Below, piece after piece: positions 27,049 through 37,047 of a DNA stretch of 39,975 bases. Each line of letters opens with the position of its first letter. The first letter of the stretch is position 1. The stretch covers positions 186,001 through 225,975 of the forward strand of contig JAWLHB010000010.1 of assembly GCA_041690595.1 (NCBI GenBank). The letters are read 5' to 3'. The DNA comes from Lentisphaeria bacterium (GTDB lineage: Bacteria > Verrucomicrobiota > Lentisphaeria > JABSQK01 > JAWLHB01). The position numbers and the translations under genes are program-made. The notes beneath the pieces were generated by a model. That model was not told the origin of the DNA and ran no database searches. It saw nothing but the letters and a program-made list of their open reading frames with translations.

Positions 27049-27909
27049 TCAGCGGGTATGCGCAGCGACCGATTCGTCATCCGGCATTTCCACGTTGTCT
27101 TCCTCAATATACTTCTTCAGCTTATTGAGGGCCTGGTTCTGAATCTGGCGGACACGCTCGCGCGTACGCCCAATGATCTTGCTGACTTCTTCAAGCGTCT
27201 TCGGGCGGTTCCCGTCGAGGCCGAAGCGCAACATGAGGATCAGACGCTCGCGCTCGTCCAAGCGGCAAATGAGCCCCTTGAGTTGGCGCAGCATCTCGAA
27301 ATCCGAAATCTGCTCATCCGGCGTGGTCGCACCGAAATCCGGAATAATATCCTGGAACATGGACTCTTCGCCCTGCTGGATCGGATCCTGCAGAGAGAAG
27401 GTGCGCAACTCGGCCAACCGCAACGCGGTTACCGTGCGTTCGCTGAAGTCCAGATGATTGGCGATCTCGGTATCCGTCGGCTCACGACCAAGCTCTTCGC
27501 TCAGACGCATCCGCGCCGTCTTGATCTTGTTGATCTTGCCGGCGGACTGCACCGGGATACGAATCGTCCGGCTCTGGTTCGAAAGCGCACGACGCATGGA
27601 TTGCTTGATCCACCACGCCGCATAGCTGGAGAATTTGGCGCCCTTCGACGGATCAAACTTCTCCACAGCTTTCATCAAACCAATGTTGCCTTCCGAGATC
27701 AAGTCGAGAAGCGGCAGCCCCAAGCCTTTGAAATCATGCGCGATCTTCACCACAAGGCGAAGATTGCTCTGGATCAGCTTGGCCCGCGCATCGGGATTGC
27801 CCTTGGCGATTTCCGCCGCCAAGTCAACTTCTTCTTCCCGAGACACGAGGGGGATCTGGCCGATCTCGCGCATGTAGGCTTTCATGGTATCGTTCTTTCC
27901 TGAAAGCAT
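27049..27909 (-). CDS. RNA polymerase sigma-70 factor, RpoD/RpoS-like, lacking region 1.1
   Basis: SNLRLVVKIA, DLISEGNIGLMKAVEKFD, FSSYAAWWIKQ, RTIRIPV, TRERVRQIQ; GGGAG RBS before ATG 27909 (alternative start 27936). Confidence 0.92.
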   Translation of the reverse strand: MLSGKNDTMKAYMREIGQIPLVSREEEVDLAAEIAKGNPDARAKLIQSNLRLVVKIAHDFKGLGLPLLDLISEGNIGLMKAVEKFDPSKGAKFSSYAAWWIKQSMRRALSNQSRTIRIPVQSAGKINKIKTARMRLSEELGREPTDTEIANHLDFSERTVTALRLAELRTFSLQDPIQQGEESMFQDIIPDFGATTPDEQISDFEMLRQLKGLICRLDERERLILMLRFGLDGNRPKTLEEVSKIIGRTRERVRQIQNQALNKLKKYIEEDNVEMPDDESVAAHTR

Positions 27910-28275
27910 GGACTCTCCCGTGGGTTGTGGTCTCATTTTGACCTGTCGTTAGCTTCGTCGTTCTCGCCACATTCGTGACAGACGCGTCTCGCATCGCCGC
28001 GTCGCACGGCCAATCAGGTGGGGCAAGACTTCACCAGCAGAGATTGGCAATGATAGGGTTTCGTGAGAGTGAGAATGATCCGCAAGCCGCTCATGCACCC
28101 AGTTACCGGCTCTCTTGACTTTGTCCCGAACGCTGATAACGTTCAGTCTCAATCAGATTTCCGACTCATGGCGCCCCGTAGGGCATCACTGCATGGCGTT
28201 GGCCCCCGAACCGCCGTTTTTTCCCTTTCCGCTTCGCTACCGCCTGGCAAATAGGGTTAAGAAAAGTAAACCGTT

Positions 28276-28305
28276 AATATATTGAGTTAGATGCCCTCTC
28301 GTCAA
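28276..28305 (-). promoter_or_regulatory. Putative promoter directed toward the sigma factor gene
   Basis: Minus strand TTGACG-N18-TATATT in an AT-rich patch. Confidence 0.45.
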
Positions 28306-28322
28306 GCTTTGATCCATAAAAA

Positions 28323-31300
28323 ATGAAAAAAACTTTTGATTGGAGGGAAATATTCGATCTTTCCCCTGAACTTTCGCGGCTTGCGCGAGCTGAAAGTCTG
28401 GCGATCCAGGTCGAGATGGACGTCGCCTATGCGGCCCTCTCCGCCTGGCCCGTCCCAGCGGAAGCTCATCTGGTCGCCGTCGTTGAGACCATCCCGCTGG
28501 CGGAACAACTGGTTGCCGACATCAACACCTTTCGGGAGATGACCGGTTTCGGCCGCGAGGCGGTGCTCCTGCCTGAACTGGAGACGACCCGCCGCCACCT
28601 GATGCCGGAGAACGAGGCAGAGCGTAGCCGCATCCTGCGGATGACGGACCAGACTGACTATCTCTTTGTCACCTCGGCCATGTCCGCCACCTCGCCCGCC
28701 CCCCCTCCCGATGCCTTCCGCACACTGGAAAAGAAGCTGCGCCTTGGCGACCAGAATCTGCCGCCGCGGAAGCTGGCCGAGTTTCTCGTCGCCCTCGACT
28801 ACGACAATGAAGCGGAAGTGCACATGCCCGGCGAGTTCTCCTGGCGGGGCGGCCTCCTCGACTTCTTTTCACCGGTTCACGAGTATCCCGTACGCGTCGA
28901 ATACTTCGGCGACGAGATCGAGTCCCTTCGCTATTTCGACCCGGAAACGCAGCGCTCCGTCGAAACGATCGATAGCTGCACCATCATTCCCCGCGGCGAG
29001 GCGGCTCTGCTCGATGAGGACAACGTCCACTCCTTCCTCGACTATTTTTCCGATGACCAACTCACCCTCGCCCTCCTCGACCCGCAGGCAATCGACGACC
29101 ATCTCAAGCGCTTCGGCGGGGCGCCCGAGCAAGGACAATGGGCACGCTATCAGCAATCGCCCGCCAGTCAGCTCCTGCTGGTTCCGGATGCCGCGATACT
29201 TTCCGCGGATGATGGCCGGCGCCCGGTGCACCTCTTTCCCGGCTTTGCCCTGACCAGCCAGTTCCGCGGTCTCTTTCCCGAGATCGAACTGACTTGGGAG
29301 ACGCTGCATCAACAGGCACTGGCGACCCAGATCGAGCGCTGGGACGAGGACGACTACGACTTCATCATCTGCTGTTCCAGCCAGAGCAAGTGCGAACACT
29401 TCATGGAGTTCCTCACCACCCACAACCTGGCGCATATTCGCCTGCACAGCTATGTGGGCACGCTCTCCTGCGGCATGCTCCTGCCAGGAGAACGCCTCGC
29501 CCTTCTCACCGATGCCGAGATCTTCGGCAAGACTCCCTCCGCTCCCAAACGACGCCGCAAAAGCAGCTTTCACGCCGACCACATGCTCCACGAAGGGACG
29601 GAACTGCATGAAGGGGATTTTGCCGTCCACGCCGGCTATGGCATCTGCCGCTTCCTGGGTATCAAGCTGGAGCAGTTTCACGACCGTGAACAGGAAGTTC
29701 TGGTTCTGGAGTTTGCCGACGATGCGAAGATCTTTGTCCCCCTTGGGCAGGCCTACCTGGTCAGCCGCTATGTCGGCTCCGGCAGAAAGTACCCGAAGTT
29801 GAGCCGGATCGGCTCGGCGCACTGGAAGAACATCAAGGGAAACGCCGAGTCCGCCGTTGCCGATCTGGCTGCCGACCTCATCCGCGTGCAGGCCGTTCGC
29901 GAGGCCAGCGAAGGCTATTCGTTTGTCGGTGACGAGGCGGCCATGCGTGCTTTCGAGGAAGCCTTCCCCTATACCGAGACCGAGGATCAGTTGCACGCCA
30001 TCGAAGATGTCAAGGAAGACATGCACAAGCTGCGGCCAATGGACAGGTTGATCTGCGGTGATGTCGGTTTCGGCAAGACGGAAGTGGCCATGCGTGCCGC
30101 CTTCAAAGCCGTCCTCAGCGGCAAGCAGGTGGCCGTCCTCGTCCCCACCACCGTCCTCAGCCAGCAGCACTACTACAGCTTCTGCGAACGATTCCGCGAG
30201 TATCCCGTCATCATCGAAAATGTCTCGCGATTCCTCACTCCCTACCGTCAGAAGCAGATCCTTGACGCAACGCGCGAAGGGCGTGTCGACATCCTCATCG
30301 GCACCCATCGGCTCCTCAGCTTCGATGTCCATTTCAAGGACCTTGGCCTGCTGATCATCGACGAAGAACAGCGCTTCGGCGTCAAGCATAAGGAACGACT
30401 CAAACGACTCCGCGCCAATGTCGACATTCTCACCCTGACCGCGACGCCCATTCCGCGCACCCTCTACATGTCTCTCGCCGGGCTGCGCGATCTCTCGACC
30501 ATCGTCACCGCCCCGCAGGAGCGACTGCCCGTGCAAACGGTCGTGGCACAGTACGACGATACCCTCATCGAGCAGGCCATACGACGCGAACTGCAGCGCA
30601 AGGGACAGGTCTTCTTTCTTCACAACCGAGTCCAGACCATCGACAAGGTGGCGGCCAAACTGAAGGCCCTCGTCCCCGAGGCCAACTACCTGGTCGCCCA
30701 CGGGCAGATGGCGGAAGGCGAGCTGGAGCAGGCCATGATCACCTTTATCGAAGGCGGGGTGGATGTTCTCGTCTGCACGACGATCATCGAATCGGGCGTC
30801 GACATCCCGAATGCCAATACCATCATCATCGATCGCGCCGATCGCTTCGGGCTGGCTGACCTCTACCAGCTGCGTGGCCGCGTCGGCCGCTATCATCGCC
30901 AGGCCTACGCTTATCTGCTCATCCCGAAGTTCGGTGTCATGCTGGACAACGCTCGCAAGCGCCTGGCCGCCATTCGCAAGTACACACAGCTGGGCGCCGG
31001 CTTCAAGCTGGCGATGCGGGACCTCGAGATCCGCGGCGCCGGCAACATTCTCGGTGCCGAGCAGAGCGGCCACATCGCCGCCATCGGCTTCGACCTCTAC
31101 TGCCAGTTGCTTCGCGAAGCCGTCGCCAGGATGAAGAACAATCCCCTGCCCATCCGCCCCAAAGTCCAGCTCGATCTCGATTTCGTCACCTATGGCCAAA
31201 CCACCGACCTCCACCTGCTGAGTGCCTGCATCCCCCGGGAGTACGTACACGAAGAGACCATCCGCGTCGAGCTTTATCGCCGGCTGAGCGAGATTGCCAA

Positions 31301-31580
31301 ACCCGCCGACCTCGAGGAAATCCGCGCGGAGATTCGCGATCGCTTTGGCCCCCCTCCGGCGGAAGTCGAGTACCTGCTCATGCTCAACACCATTCGTCTG
31401 GCAGCGCACGCGGGGGATATCCATGCCGTCACGGTTCGCGACCAGAAGCTGATGCTCGAAAGCTCGCGCGGCTACATCAAGCAGGCCGGCGCCCGCCTGC
31501 CCCGGCTCATGGGCAAGGACCGCGCCCAATGGCTCGACCAGATCGCCGCCATCATTCAGGAGCTTACCTCACGTAAGTAG
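28323..31580 (+). CDS. mfd: Transcription-repair coupling factor
   Basis: UvrB-like GEFSWRGG..D, CarD-like HAGYGI, MDRLICGDVGFGKTEVA, IIDEEQRFG, TATPIPRTL, QLRGRVGR, C-terminal TRCF domain. Confidence 0.97.
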   Translation: MKKTFDWREIFDLSPELSRLARAESLAIQVEMDVAYAALSAWPVPAEAHLVAVVETIPLAEQLVADINTFREMTGFGREAVLLPELETTRRHLMPENEAERSRILRMTDQTDYLFVTSAMSATSPAPPPDAFRTLEKKLRLGDQNLPPRKLAEFLVALDYDNEAEVHMPGEFSWRGGLLDFFSPVHEYPVRVEYFGDEIESLRYFDPETQRSVETIDSCTIIPRGEAALLDEDNVHSFLDYFSDDQLTLALLDPQAIDDHLKRFGGAPEQGQWARYQQSPASQLLLVPDAAILSADDGRRPVHLFPGFALTSQFRGLFPEIELTWETLHQQALATQIERWDEDDYDFIICCSSQSKCEHFMEFLTTHNLAHIRLHSYVGTLSCGMLLPGERLALLTDAEIFGKTPSAPKRRRKSSFHADHMLHEGTELHEGDFAVHAGYGICRFLGIKLEQFHDREQEVLVLEFADDAKIFVPLGQAYLVSRYVGSGRKYPKLSRIGSAHWKNIKGNAESAVADLAADLIRVQAVREASEGYSFVGDEAAMRAFEEAFPYTETEDQLHAIEDVKEDMHKLRPMDRLICGDVGFGKTEVAMRAAFKAVLSGKQVAVLVPTTVLSQQHYYSFCERFREYPVIIENVSRFLTPYRQKQILDATREGRVDILIGTHRLLSFDVHFKDLGLLIIDEEQRFGVKHKERLKRLRANVDILTLTATPIPRTLYMSLAGLRDLSTIVTAPQERLPVQTVVAQYDDTLIEQAIRRELQRKGQVFFLHNRVQTIDKVAAKLKALVPEANYLVAHGQMAEGELEQAMITFIEGGVDVLVCTTIIESGVDIPNANTIIIDRADRFGLADLYQLRGRVGRYHRQAYAYLLIPKFGVMLDNARKRLAAIRKYTQLGAGFKLAMRDLEIRGAGNILGAEQSGHIAAIGFDLYCQLLREAVARMKNNPLPIRPKVQLDLDFVTYGQTTDLHLLSACIPREYVHEETIRVELYRRLSEIAKPADLEEIRAEIRDRFGPPPAEVEYLLMLNTIRLAAHAGDIHAVTVRDQKLMLESSRGYIKQAGARLPRLMGKDRAQWLDQIAAIIQELTSRK

Positions 31581-31658
31581 CTCGCAGGCACTCGCAACCT
31601 TCCCCTTGCATGGCTACATTTCCTGCACATCATCTATCAACCTACACGGAGCGAGACC

Positions 31659-32471
31659 ATGGATATCGGCGTTATGACCGGGTGGAGAGAGCACGAGGAT
31701 CCCTTCGAACATGTCGGGCAATTTGGCCTGACCTGCTGCCAGCTCTGCAATTGGAACCCGGAGATCTGGAGTAAGGTCGACCCGGCCGAAACGCGCCGGC
31801 AGGCACAAACAGCCGGCGTAAGGATCTCCGCCGTCTGGGCCGGCTACCCCGGACCGGCAACCTGGAACTTCATCGATGGCCCCAGCACCATCGGTCTGGT
31901 CCCCGACTCATGGCGCGCCCAGCGCGTGGACGCCCTCATGCAGGGCGCGGAATTCGCCGCGGCCGTTGGCGCCCCTGCCATCGCGACCCATGTCGGCTTC
32001 GTGCCCGAGTACCATCGCGATCCTGCCTACCGCCCGACAATCGACGCCATCAGCCAGGTTGCCAGTCATTGCCGTGACCTCGGCATCGGCTTCTGGTTTG
32101 AGACTGGGCAGGAGACGCCCGTCACCCTCCTCCGCTGCATCGAGGATATCGGCCTGGACAACCTGGGCATCAATCTCGATCCCGCGAATCTCATTCTCTA
32201 CGGCAAGGCCAACCCCATCGACGCGTTGGACGTCTTCGGCCAGTGGGTACGCTGCGTTCACGCCAAGGACGGCAACTATCCCACCGACGGGCGCAATCTC
32301 GGCAAAGAGGTCAAAGTGGGCTCCGGCAAGGTCCACTTTCCACGGTTCGTTGCCCGCTTGAAGGAGTTAGGCTATGAGGGCGACCTCATCATCGAGCGGG
32401 AGATCAGCGGCGACCAGCAGATCAGGGACATTCGCGAAACCGTCGACTATCTGCGCGCGTTGACCGGATGA
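31659..32471 (+). CDS. Sugar phosphate isomerase/epimerase (xylose-isomerase-like TIM barrel)
   Basis: FETGQE, NLDPANL, VHAKDG, G.G.V, IERE metal ligands. Confidence 0.85.
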   Translation: MDIGVMTGWREHEDPFEHVGQFGLTCCQLCNWNPEIWSKVDPAETRRQAQTAGVRISAVWAGYPGPATWNFIDGPSTIGLVPDSWRAQRVDALMQGAEFAAAVGAPAIATHVGFVPEYHRDPAYRPTIDAISQVASHCRDLGIGFWFETGQETPVTLLRCIEDIGLDNLGINLDPANLILYGKANPIDALDVFGQWVRCVHAKDGNYPTDGRNLGKEVKVGSGKVHFPRFVARLKELGYEGDLIIEREISGDQQIRDIRETVDYLRALTG

Positions 32472-33112
32472 AGACGCCCGAGTCCATACGCGAGATGGCG
32501 GAGCAGCTCCTTACCCCCGAGCGCATTGTTCGACTCAGGGAGGTCCTCGCCAGACGGCTGAGCTGCATCACCGTCATCTTCGAGAACATTGCCGACCCCA
32601 ACAACGTCGCCGCCTGCCTCCGGTCCGCCGAGGCCTTCGGCCTGTGCCGAATACACCTCGTCACCAAAGAACTGGTGAAGCTCAATCCGATCATCAGCGC
32701 CACGGCCAATCGCTGGCTGGACGTACAGAGGCATGCCGCCCTCGGACCCCTGATTCGACAGTTGCACGAAGATGGCTATCTGGTGCTGGGCACCACGCCC
32801 CCGCGCGGCGCAACCCCTTTCACCAGCGTCGAGCTGCCGGATAAGCTGGCTCTGCTGATGGGCGGAGAATCGGAAGGACTCACGGCCGAAGCCAGAGCTG
32901 CCTGCGATGGGCTGATCACCATTCCCATGCAGGGCTTCACCGAAAGCCTCAATCTCTCCACTGCGACCGCGATCCTGCTGCAGCATTTCACCACCCGCTA
33001 TCGCGAGAGCGGTCGCCCCATACATCTCACGCCGGACGAACAGGAGCAGCTCTACCTGGAATGGTGCGCGCGGGACATCCGCGTCAAGACACGTGGACAG
33101 CTTGCCCGTTGA
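32468..33112 (+). CDS. trmH: TrmH/SpoU family RNA 2'-O-methyltransferase
   Basis: ENIADPNNVAACLRSAEAFG, GGESEGL, IPMQGFTESLNLS; ATGA overlap with the upstream gene. Confidence 0.85.
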   Translation: MKTPESIREMAEQLLTPERIVRLREVLARRLSCITVIFENIADPNNVAACLRSAEAFGLCRIHLVTKELVKLNPIISATANRWLDVQRHAALGPLIRQLHEDGYLVLGTTPPRGATPFTSVELPDKLALLMGGESEGLTAEARAACDGLITIPMQGFTESLNLSTATAILLQHFTTRYRESGRPIHLTPDEQEQLYLEWCARDIRVKTRGQLAR

Positions 33113-33224
33113 ACCAAACGCCTTTTTTCATCGGAACGTCAGCCCAGAGGTAGCAGCGCCTGAATGGCAGGCTATCATAACCGAAACTCTTTTCCCTGAT
33201 TGATTCATAACTGGAGAGCGCCAA

Positions 33225-35147
33225 GTGGATAAGCCCTACGAGATTCGTTCCGTACAATTGGACCTGGGACGCCAGGTCGAGACCCTCGACTACATCCGTG
33301 ACTTCATCGACTTTGCCGCCCAGTTCGGCTACAATTCCCTGCACCTCTATCTCGAAGCCAGAATCCGCACCGCGTCATTCCCCTACCCTGCCGAGATTGA
33401 CAGCTACTCCATCGACGACATGAAGCTGATCGTCGACCATGCCGCCAAGCGTGGCATGGATGTCGTGCCGCAGGTAAACTGCTTTAGTCACGTCGAACAT
33501 TTCCTGCGCTACCCCGAGCTGCTGCCGCTGAGCGAACTGCGCGAGCCGGATGCCACCGGTCGCTTCGGCGGCAAGAGTCCCGGCCTGACCTTCTGCCCCT
33601 CCCAGGAAGCCACTTACGACTTTCTGGAAGCCTACCTTACGGAAGTTGCGGCAGCCTTTCCCTCTACCTGGTTCCATGTCGGCCTGGATGAAGTATGGGA
33701 GATCGGACGCTGCTCCGAGTGCCGTCGCCGAATCAGCCAGGGCGAAACTCAGGGCGACCTCTTTCTCCAGCACCTTCTGCGCCTCCACCAGATCGTCGTC
33801 GGTAAGCTCGGTAAACGCATGATGATGTGGGACGACATGCTCGAAGAGTACCCCGCCATCCTCGACCAGATGCCGACCGATATCGTGCAATGCGTCTGGC
33901 AGTACAACAATCTGGTCGACCGCTGCAAGACCCACTTCGGCAACCAGGCTCGCGACTGGCGGTTGGCCGACTACCAGGAGCGGGGGATCTCCTTCCTCGT
34001 CTGCCCAGTCAACTGGAATCCGCTCAACACCGAGTCGCTCTCCCGCCACGCCGCCCCCTATCAACCGCTCGGCGGCCTGATGACCATCTGGGAGAACTCC
34101 ACCCGCTTCATGCTGGTGCAGTACCCCATCATAGCCTTTGCCGGCCGCCTCTGGGAAGATGGCCGGTGGTGGCGCGCCAAAGAGATTTTCCGCGAGTGCT
34201 GCGCCGAACTCCTCGGCTCCCGTGACGGCGAATTTCTGGATGCTGTCTGGGCCTTCTCATGCGGCAATTTCGCTGCGCGGCTCTCGCCGCCGGCGTCGCA
34301 ACTGCATGGCGACGTGACCCCCAGCGAGGAGCAGGCAGCTGCCACGCTTCGCCTCATTCGCAACGTCATCGCCACCACGAATGCCGGAGACGTACGCGCC
34401 CGGGAAGTCCTTGACGACATGCTGGTCAACGTCGATCTGCAACTGGCGGGCCATGCGCTCCGCTCGGTCGCTGAAGAAGCATGGCTGCACTGGGCCGGAC
34501 AACCAACGCCCCCAAGAGCGATCCTTCTGGAAGAAGCGCGCGATCTGCTCGGACAGGTTCAGTCCCTCAAGGTGCGGCGGGCCGAGCAGTGGGAACACCT
34601 GCGGACCGGACTGCCCCACCAAAGCAGCCGGCCCATTCTTGCCGCCGAAGAGAGCGCCATCGCTGACTTTGTCGATCGCCTCACCCGCGATGAGGAAGCT
34701 GTCGGCCTCCTGCGCATTCGTTATGCGTTGCCGGACTGCTATGGCTCACAGAAGGTGCGCGTCCTGGTGCGCCATGACGATGACATGAGCTGGCACACGG
34801 TCTATGAAGGTGTCCCCAAGCCCCGCATGACATTGCTGGACGACATGCCCTTCTACCTTCTGGAGCACCCGCTCCCCGGCAAGCCCCTTCTCGAACGCGT
34901 CCGGATCGAGACCTGGGGCTACGGCGGCATCGGCCTCCTCTACATGGAATACCTGGCTGACGCGCTGGTTCTCGTACCGGATCGCGTCGTGGATACCGAA
35001 GGACGCGTTGAGCGCCCCGAAGCCATCCTCACCGACAACACCGTCTGGTGTCAGATGGGCGAAGTAGACGTGCACGCCTCCTTCCATCACCCGGAACTCG
35101 CCGATGCCGTTCACCATCTGGAGTTGATCCTCAAGTCACGGACCTGA
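33225..35147 (+). CDS. Glycoside hydrolase family 20 (beta-N-acetylhexosaminidase-like) with C-terminal extension
   Basis: QLDLGR, VVPQVNCFSH, catalytic HVGLDE, MMWDDM; GGAG RBS with GTG start. Confidence 0.8.
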   Translation: MDKPYEIRSVQLDLGRQVETLDYIRDFIDFAAQFGYNSLHLYLEARIRTASFPYPAEIDSYSIDDMKLIVDHAAKRGMDVVPQVNCFSHVEHFLRYPELLPLSELREPDATGRFGGKSPGLTFCPSQEATYDFLEAYLTEVAAAFPSTWFHVGLDEVWEIGRCSECRRRISQGETQGDLFLQHLLRLHQIVVGKLGKRMMMWDDMLEEYPAILDQMPTDIVQCVWQYNNLVDRCKTHFGNQARDWRLADYQERGISFLVCPVNWNPLNTESLSRHAAPYQPLGGLMTIWENSTRFMLVQYPIIAFAGRLWEDGRWWRAKEIFRECCAELLGSRDGEFLDAVWAFSCGNFAARLSPPASQLHGDVTPSEEQAAATLRLIRNVIATTNAGDVRAREVLDDMLVNVDLQLAGHALRSVAEEAWLHWAGQPTPPRAILLEEARDLLGQVQSLKVRRAEQWEHLRTGLPHQSSRPILAAEESAIADFVDRLTRDEEAVGLLRIRYALPDCYGSQKVRVLVRHDDDMSWHTVYEGVPKPRMTLLDDMPFYLLEHPLPGKPLLERVRIETWGYGGIGLLYMEYLADALVLVPDRVVDTEGRVERPEAILTDNTVWCQMGEVDVHASFHHPELADAVHHLELILKSRT

Positions 35148-35452
35148 TGGCCGACGAACCCCAGAAATGCGCCTTGTGCGGACGCAGCGTTCGCGAGTTG
35201 ACCGCCCATCATCTCGTGCCGCGCTCTCAGCACAGGCGCATCGCCAAACGCACCGGCCGCACCGTCGAAGAGCTGCGCGCGGACACCGTCGATCTCTGTC
35301 AGCCCTGCCATCGTATGGTACACAAGACCCTGACGGAGAAGGAACTGGCCAGCGACTGGCAAAGCATCGACAAGCTCCGGCAGCATCCCCAACTGCAGAC
35401 CTTTGTCGAGTGGGTGAGCAAACAACCCGATCGCCGCATCATCATCCGATGA
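35147..35452 (+). CDS. Small HNH endonuclease-family protein (YisB-like), 101 aa
   Basis: CALCGR...HHLVPR...LCQPCHRMVH...LA; TGATG coupling to the GH20 stop. Confidence 0.8.
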   Translation: MADEPQKCALCGRSVRELTAHHLVPRSQHRRIAKRTGRTVEELRADTVDLCQPCHRMVHKTLTEKELASDWQSIDKLRQHPQLQTFVEWVSKQPDRRIIIR

Positions 35453-35644
35453 AAGCTATCGCCTGCTCCACGTCAACCTGATCTTCGGCCACGGGGTGAC
35501 CGCGGACAATCGCGTACGCCAGCGTCAACCCCATGCCCATCCACGCGACTTCGTCGAGAAGCAGGGATCCATCACCGTGTAAAAAAGCCCTTCCATCGGC
35601 CACCGCTCTCCGTACCATTTTCTGCGACAGACCTGAAATCGCCC

Positions 35645-35673
35645 TTGCAACTCTCCCCCCAATTTCTTATTAT
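35645..35673 (+). promoter_or_regulatory. Putative sigma-70 promoter of the second prepilin-like gene
   Basis: TTGCAA-N17-TATTAT. Confidence 0.6.
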
Positions 35674-35735
35674 TATACTTATTAAAGTTTTCGACTTGGA
35701 CTCAGTGCATCTATCATCACCACAGGGGATCATCC

Positions 35736-36452
35736 ATGAAAGACAGTCGCCATCGCTTCACCTTGATTGAACTCCTTGTCGTGGTGGCCATTATAGGCAT
35801 CCTGGCCAGCATGCTTCTGCCGGCCCTGAACAAAGCCCGTCAGAGCGCCCGCAACTCCATCTGCATGAACAACATGAAGCAGCTTGGGCTCACCTTTGCC
35901 TTGTATACGGACGAAGGGGACGGCTATCTGCTCAGCCCCATGCCCTACGCGGGCGATCCCCGGCCGCCGACCATCTGGCAAGGGCAGTTGACCCTCTGGG
36001 GCTTCTTGACGCCCCGCGGCGCCAATGAGCTGGATTGCCCCATCATTCCCCGCGCCAGCTCGGACATCAACAATGTCGGCTATGCCTTCCGCGGCTATAC
36101 GCAGTACGTTTATTCGCCATCCTGGGACACGGTGACGGCTGCCGCATCCCTCATGAACATCTGCTGGCCCCGCTATGGCATGAATGGCTGGTGCGGCAAG
36201 CGCCCCAACAACACATGGGGCTATATCAAGCACGGCATGCCCAAGGATGCGTCAGCCATGATTGTTCTGGCCGATCAGGAGCCGCGGTGGGACTGGCCCG
36301 GTGCCTCCACCCGCTTCGCTTATGTCATCAGTACCTATGAGCTGGCAAAGAGCACACACGACGGCAAGCCAAATCTTCTCTATCTGGACGGACACGCGGA
36401 TCGCATGGCCTTCAACAACATCACCGAGTCCATGATGAATCCCTTTGACTGA
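35736..36452 (+). CDS. Prepilin-type N-terminal cleavage/methylation protein with H-X9-DG motif
   Basis: [29 protein letters not shown]...CMNNMKQ; C-terminal [14 protein letters not shown]. Confidence 0.9.
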   Translation: MKDSRHRFTLIELLVVVAIIGILASMLLPALNKARQSARNSICMNNMKQLGLTFALYTDEGDGYLLSPMPYAGDPRPPTIWQGQLTLWGFLTPRGANELDCPIIPRASSDINNVGYAFRGYTQYVYSPSWDTVTAAASLMNICWPRYGMNGWCGKRPNNTWGYIKHGMPKDASAMIVLADQEPRWDWPGASTRFAYVISTYELAKSTHDGKPNLLYLDGHADRMAFNNITESMMNPFD

Positions 36453-36470
36453 GCTCAGTGACTGGCAGCT

Positions 36471-36947
36471 TCAGCTCTTCTTCTTGTAGGTTCCCACAAG
36501 CTCCGACTTGGCGAGAATGTGACCTTTCATCGCTTTCTCAACCTGCTCCTTCGTCGGCCGCTTCAGCCCGGTGAGTACCGTATCCAGCGCATAAAGCTTG
36601 TGGAAGTATCGATGCCGGCCGATCGGAGGACACGGCCCACCATACCCGGTCCTGTGCCAACTATTGAGACCCGACTCCGTCCCCGGCTCGAGTTCGCTTG
36701 CCTTCACCCCTTCAGGCAGTCCATGGATATTCGTCGGGATGTTGTACAACACCCAATGCACCCAGGTCATCTTCGGAGCTTCCGGGTCCGGCGCATCGGG
36801 ATCGTCAACGATCAACACAAGGCTCTTCGTGCCGTCTGGAATCCCTTCCCAGCTCAGGGGCGGCGAAATATCGTCCCCTTCGCACGTGTATTCCATCAAT
36901 AGTTCCTCACCATTGCTGAATGAAGTGGATGTGAGCTTGAACGCCAT
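36471..36947 (-). CDS. YbhB/YbcL family (PEBP/RKIP-like) protein
   Basis: LTS.SF, YTCEG.DISPPL, DDPDAP, HWVLYNIP, YGGPCPP.G.HRY; GGAGG RBS before ATG 36947. Confidence 0.93.
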   Translation of the reverse strand: MAFKLTSTSFSNGEELLMEYTCEGDDISPPLSWEGIPDGTKSLVLIVDDPDAPDPEAPKMTWVHWVLYNIPTNIHGLPEGVKASELEPGTESGLNSWHRTGYGGPCPPIGRHRYFHKLYALDTVLTGLKRPTKEQVEKAMKGHILAKSELVGTYKKKS

Positions 36948-37047
36948 AAAAACCTCCGCGCCTGCGCCTGAAGATGGTCGTCCCTTCTTTCGAGTGGAGT
37001 GAACTGTCGGCCTCCATTCCAAAGATAGCGCACATCGACGCACGGTA

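Noticed and set aside
27949..28254. Short ORFs (67 and 63 aa) between the sigma gene and mfd
   Set aside because: No RBS, motif or typical codon pattern; treated as non-coding leader.
28869..31529. 886-aa - strand ORF
   Set aside because: Antisense shadow of mfd; no recognisable domain.
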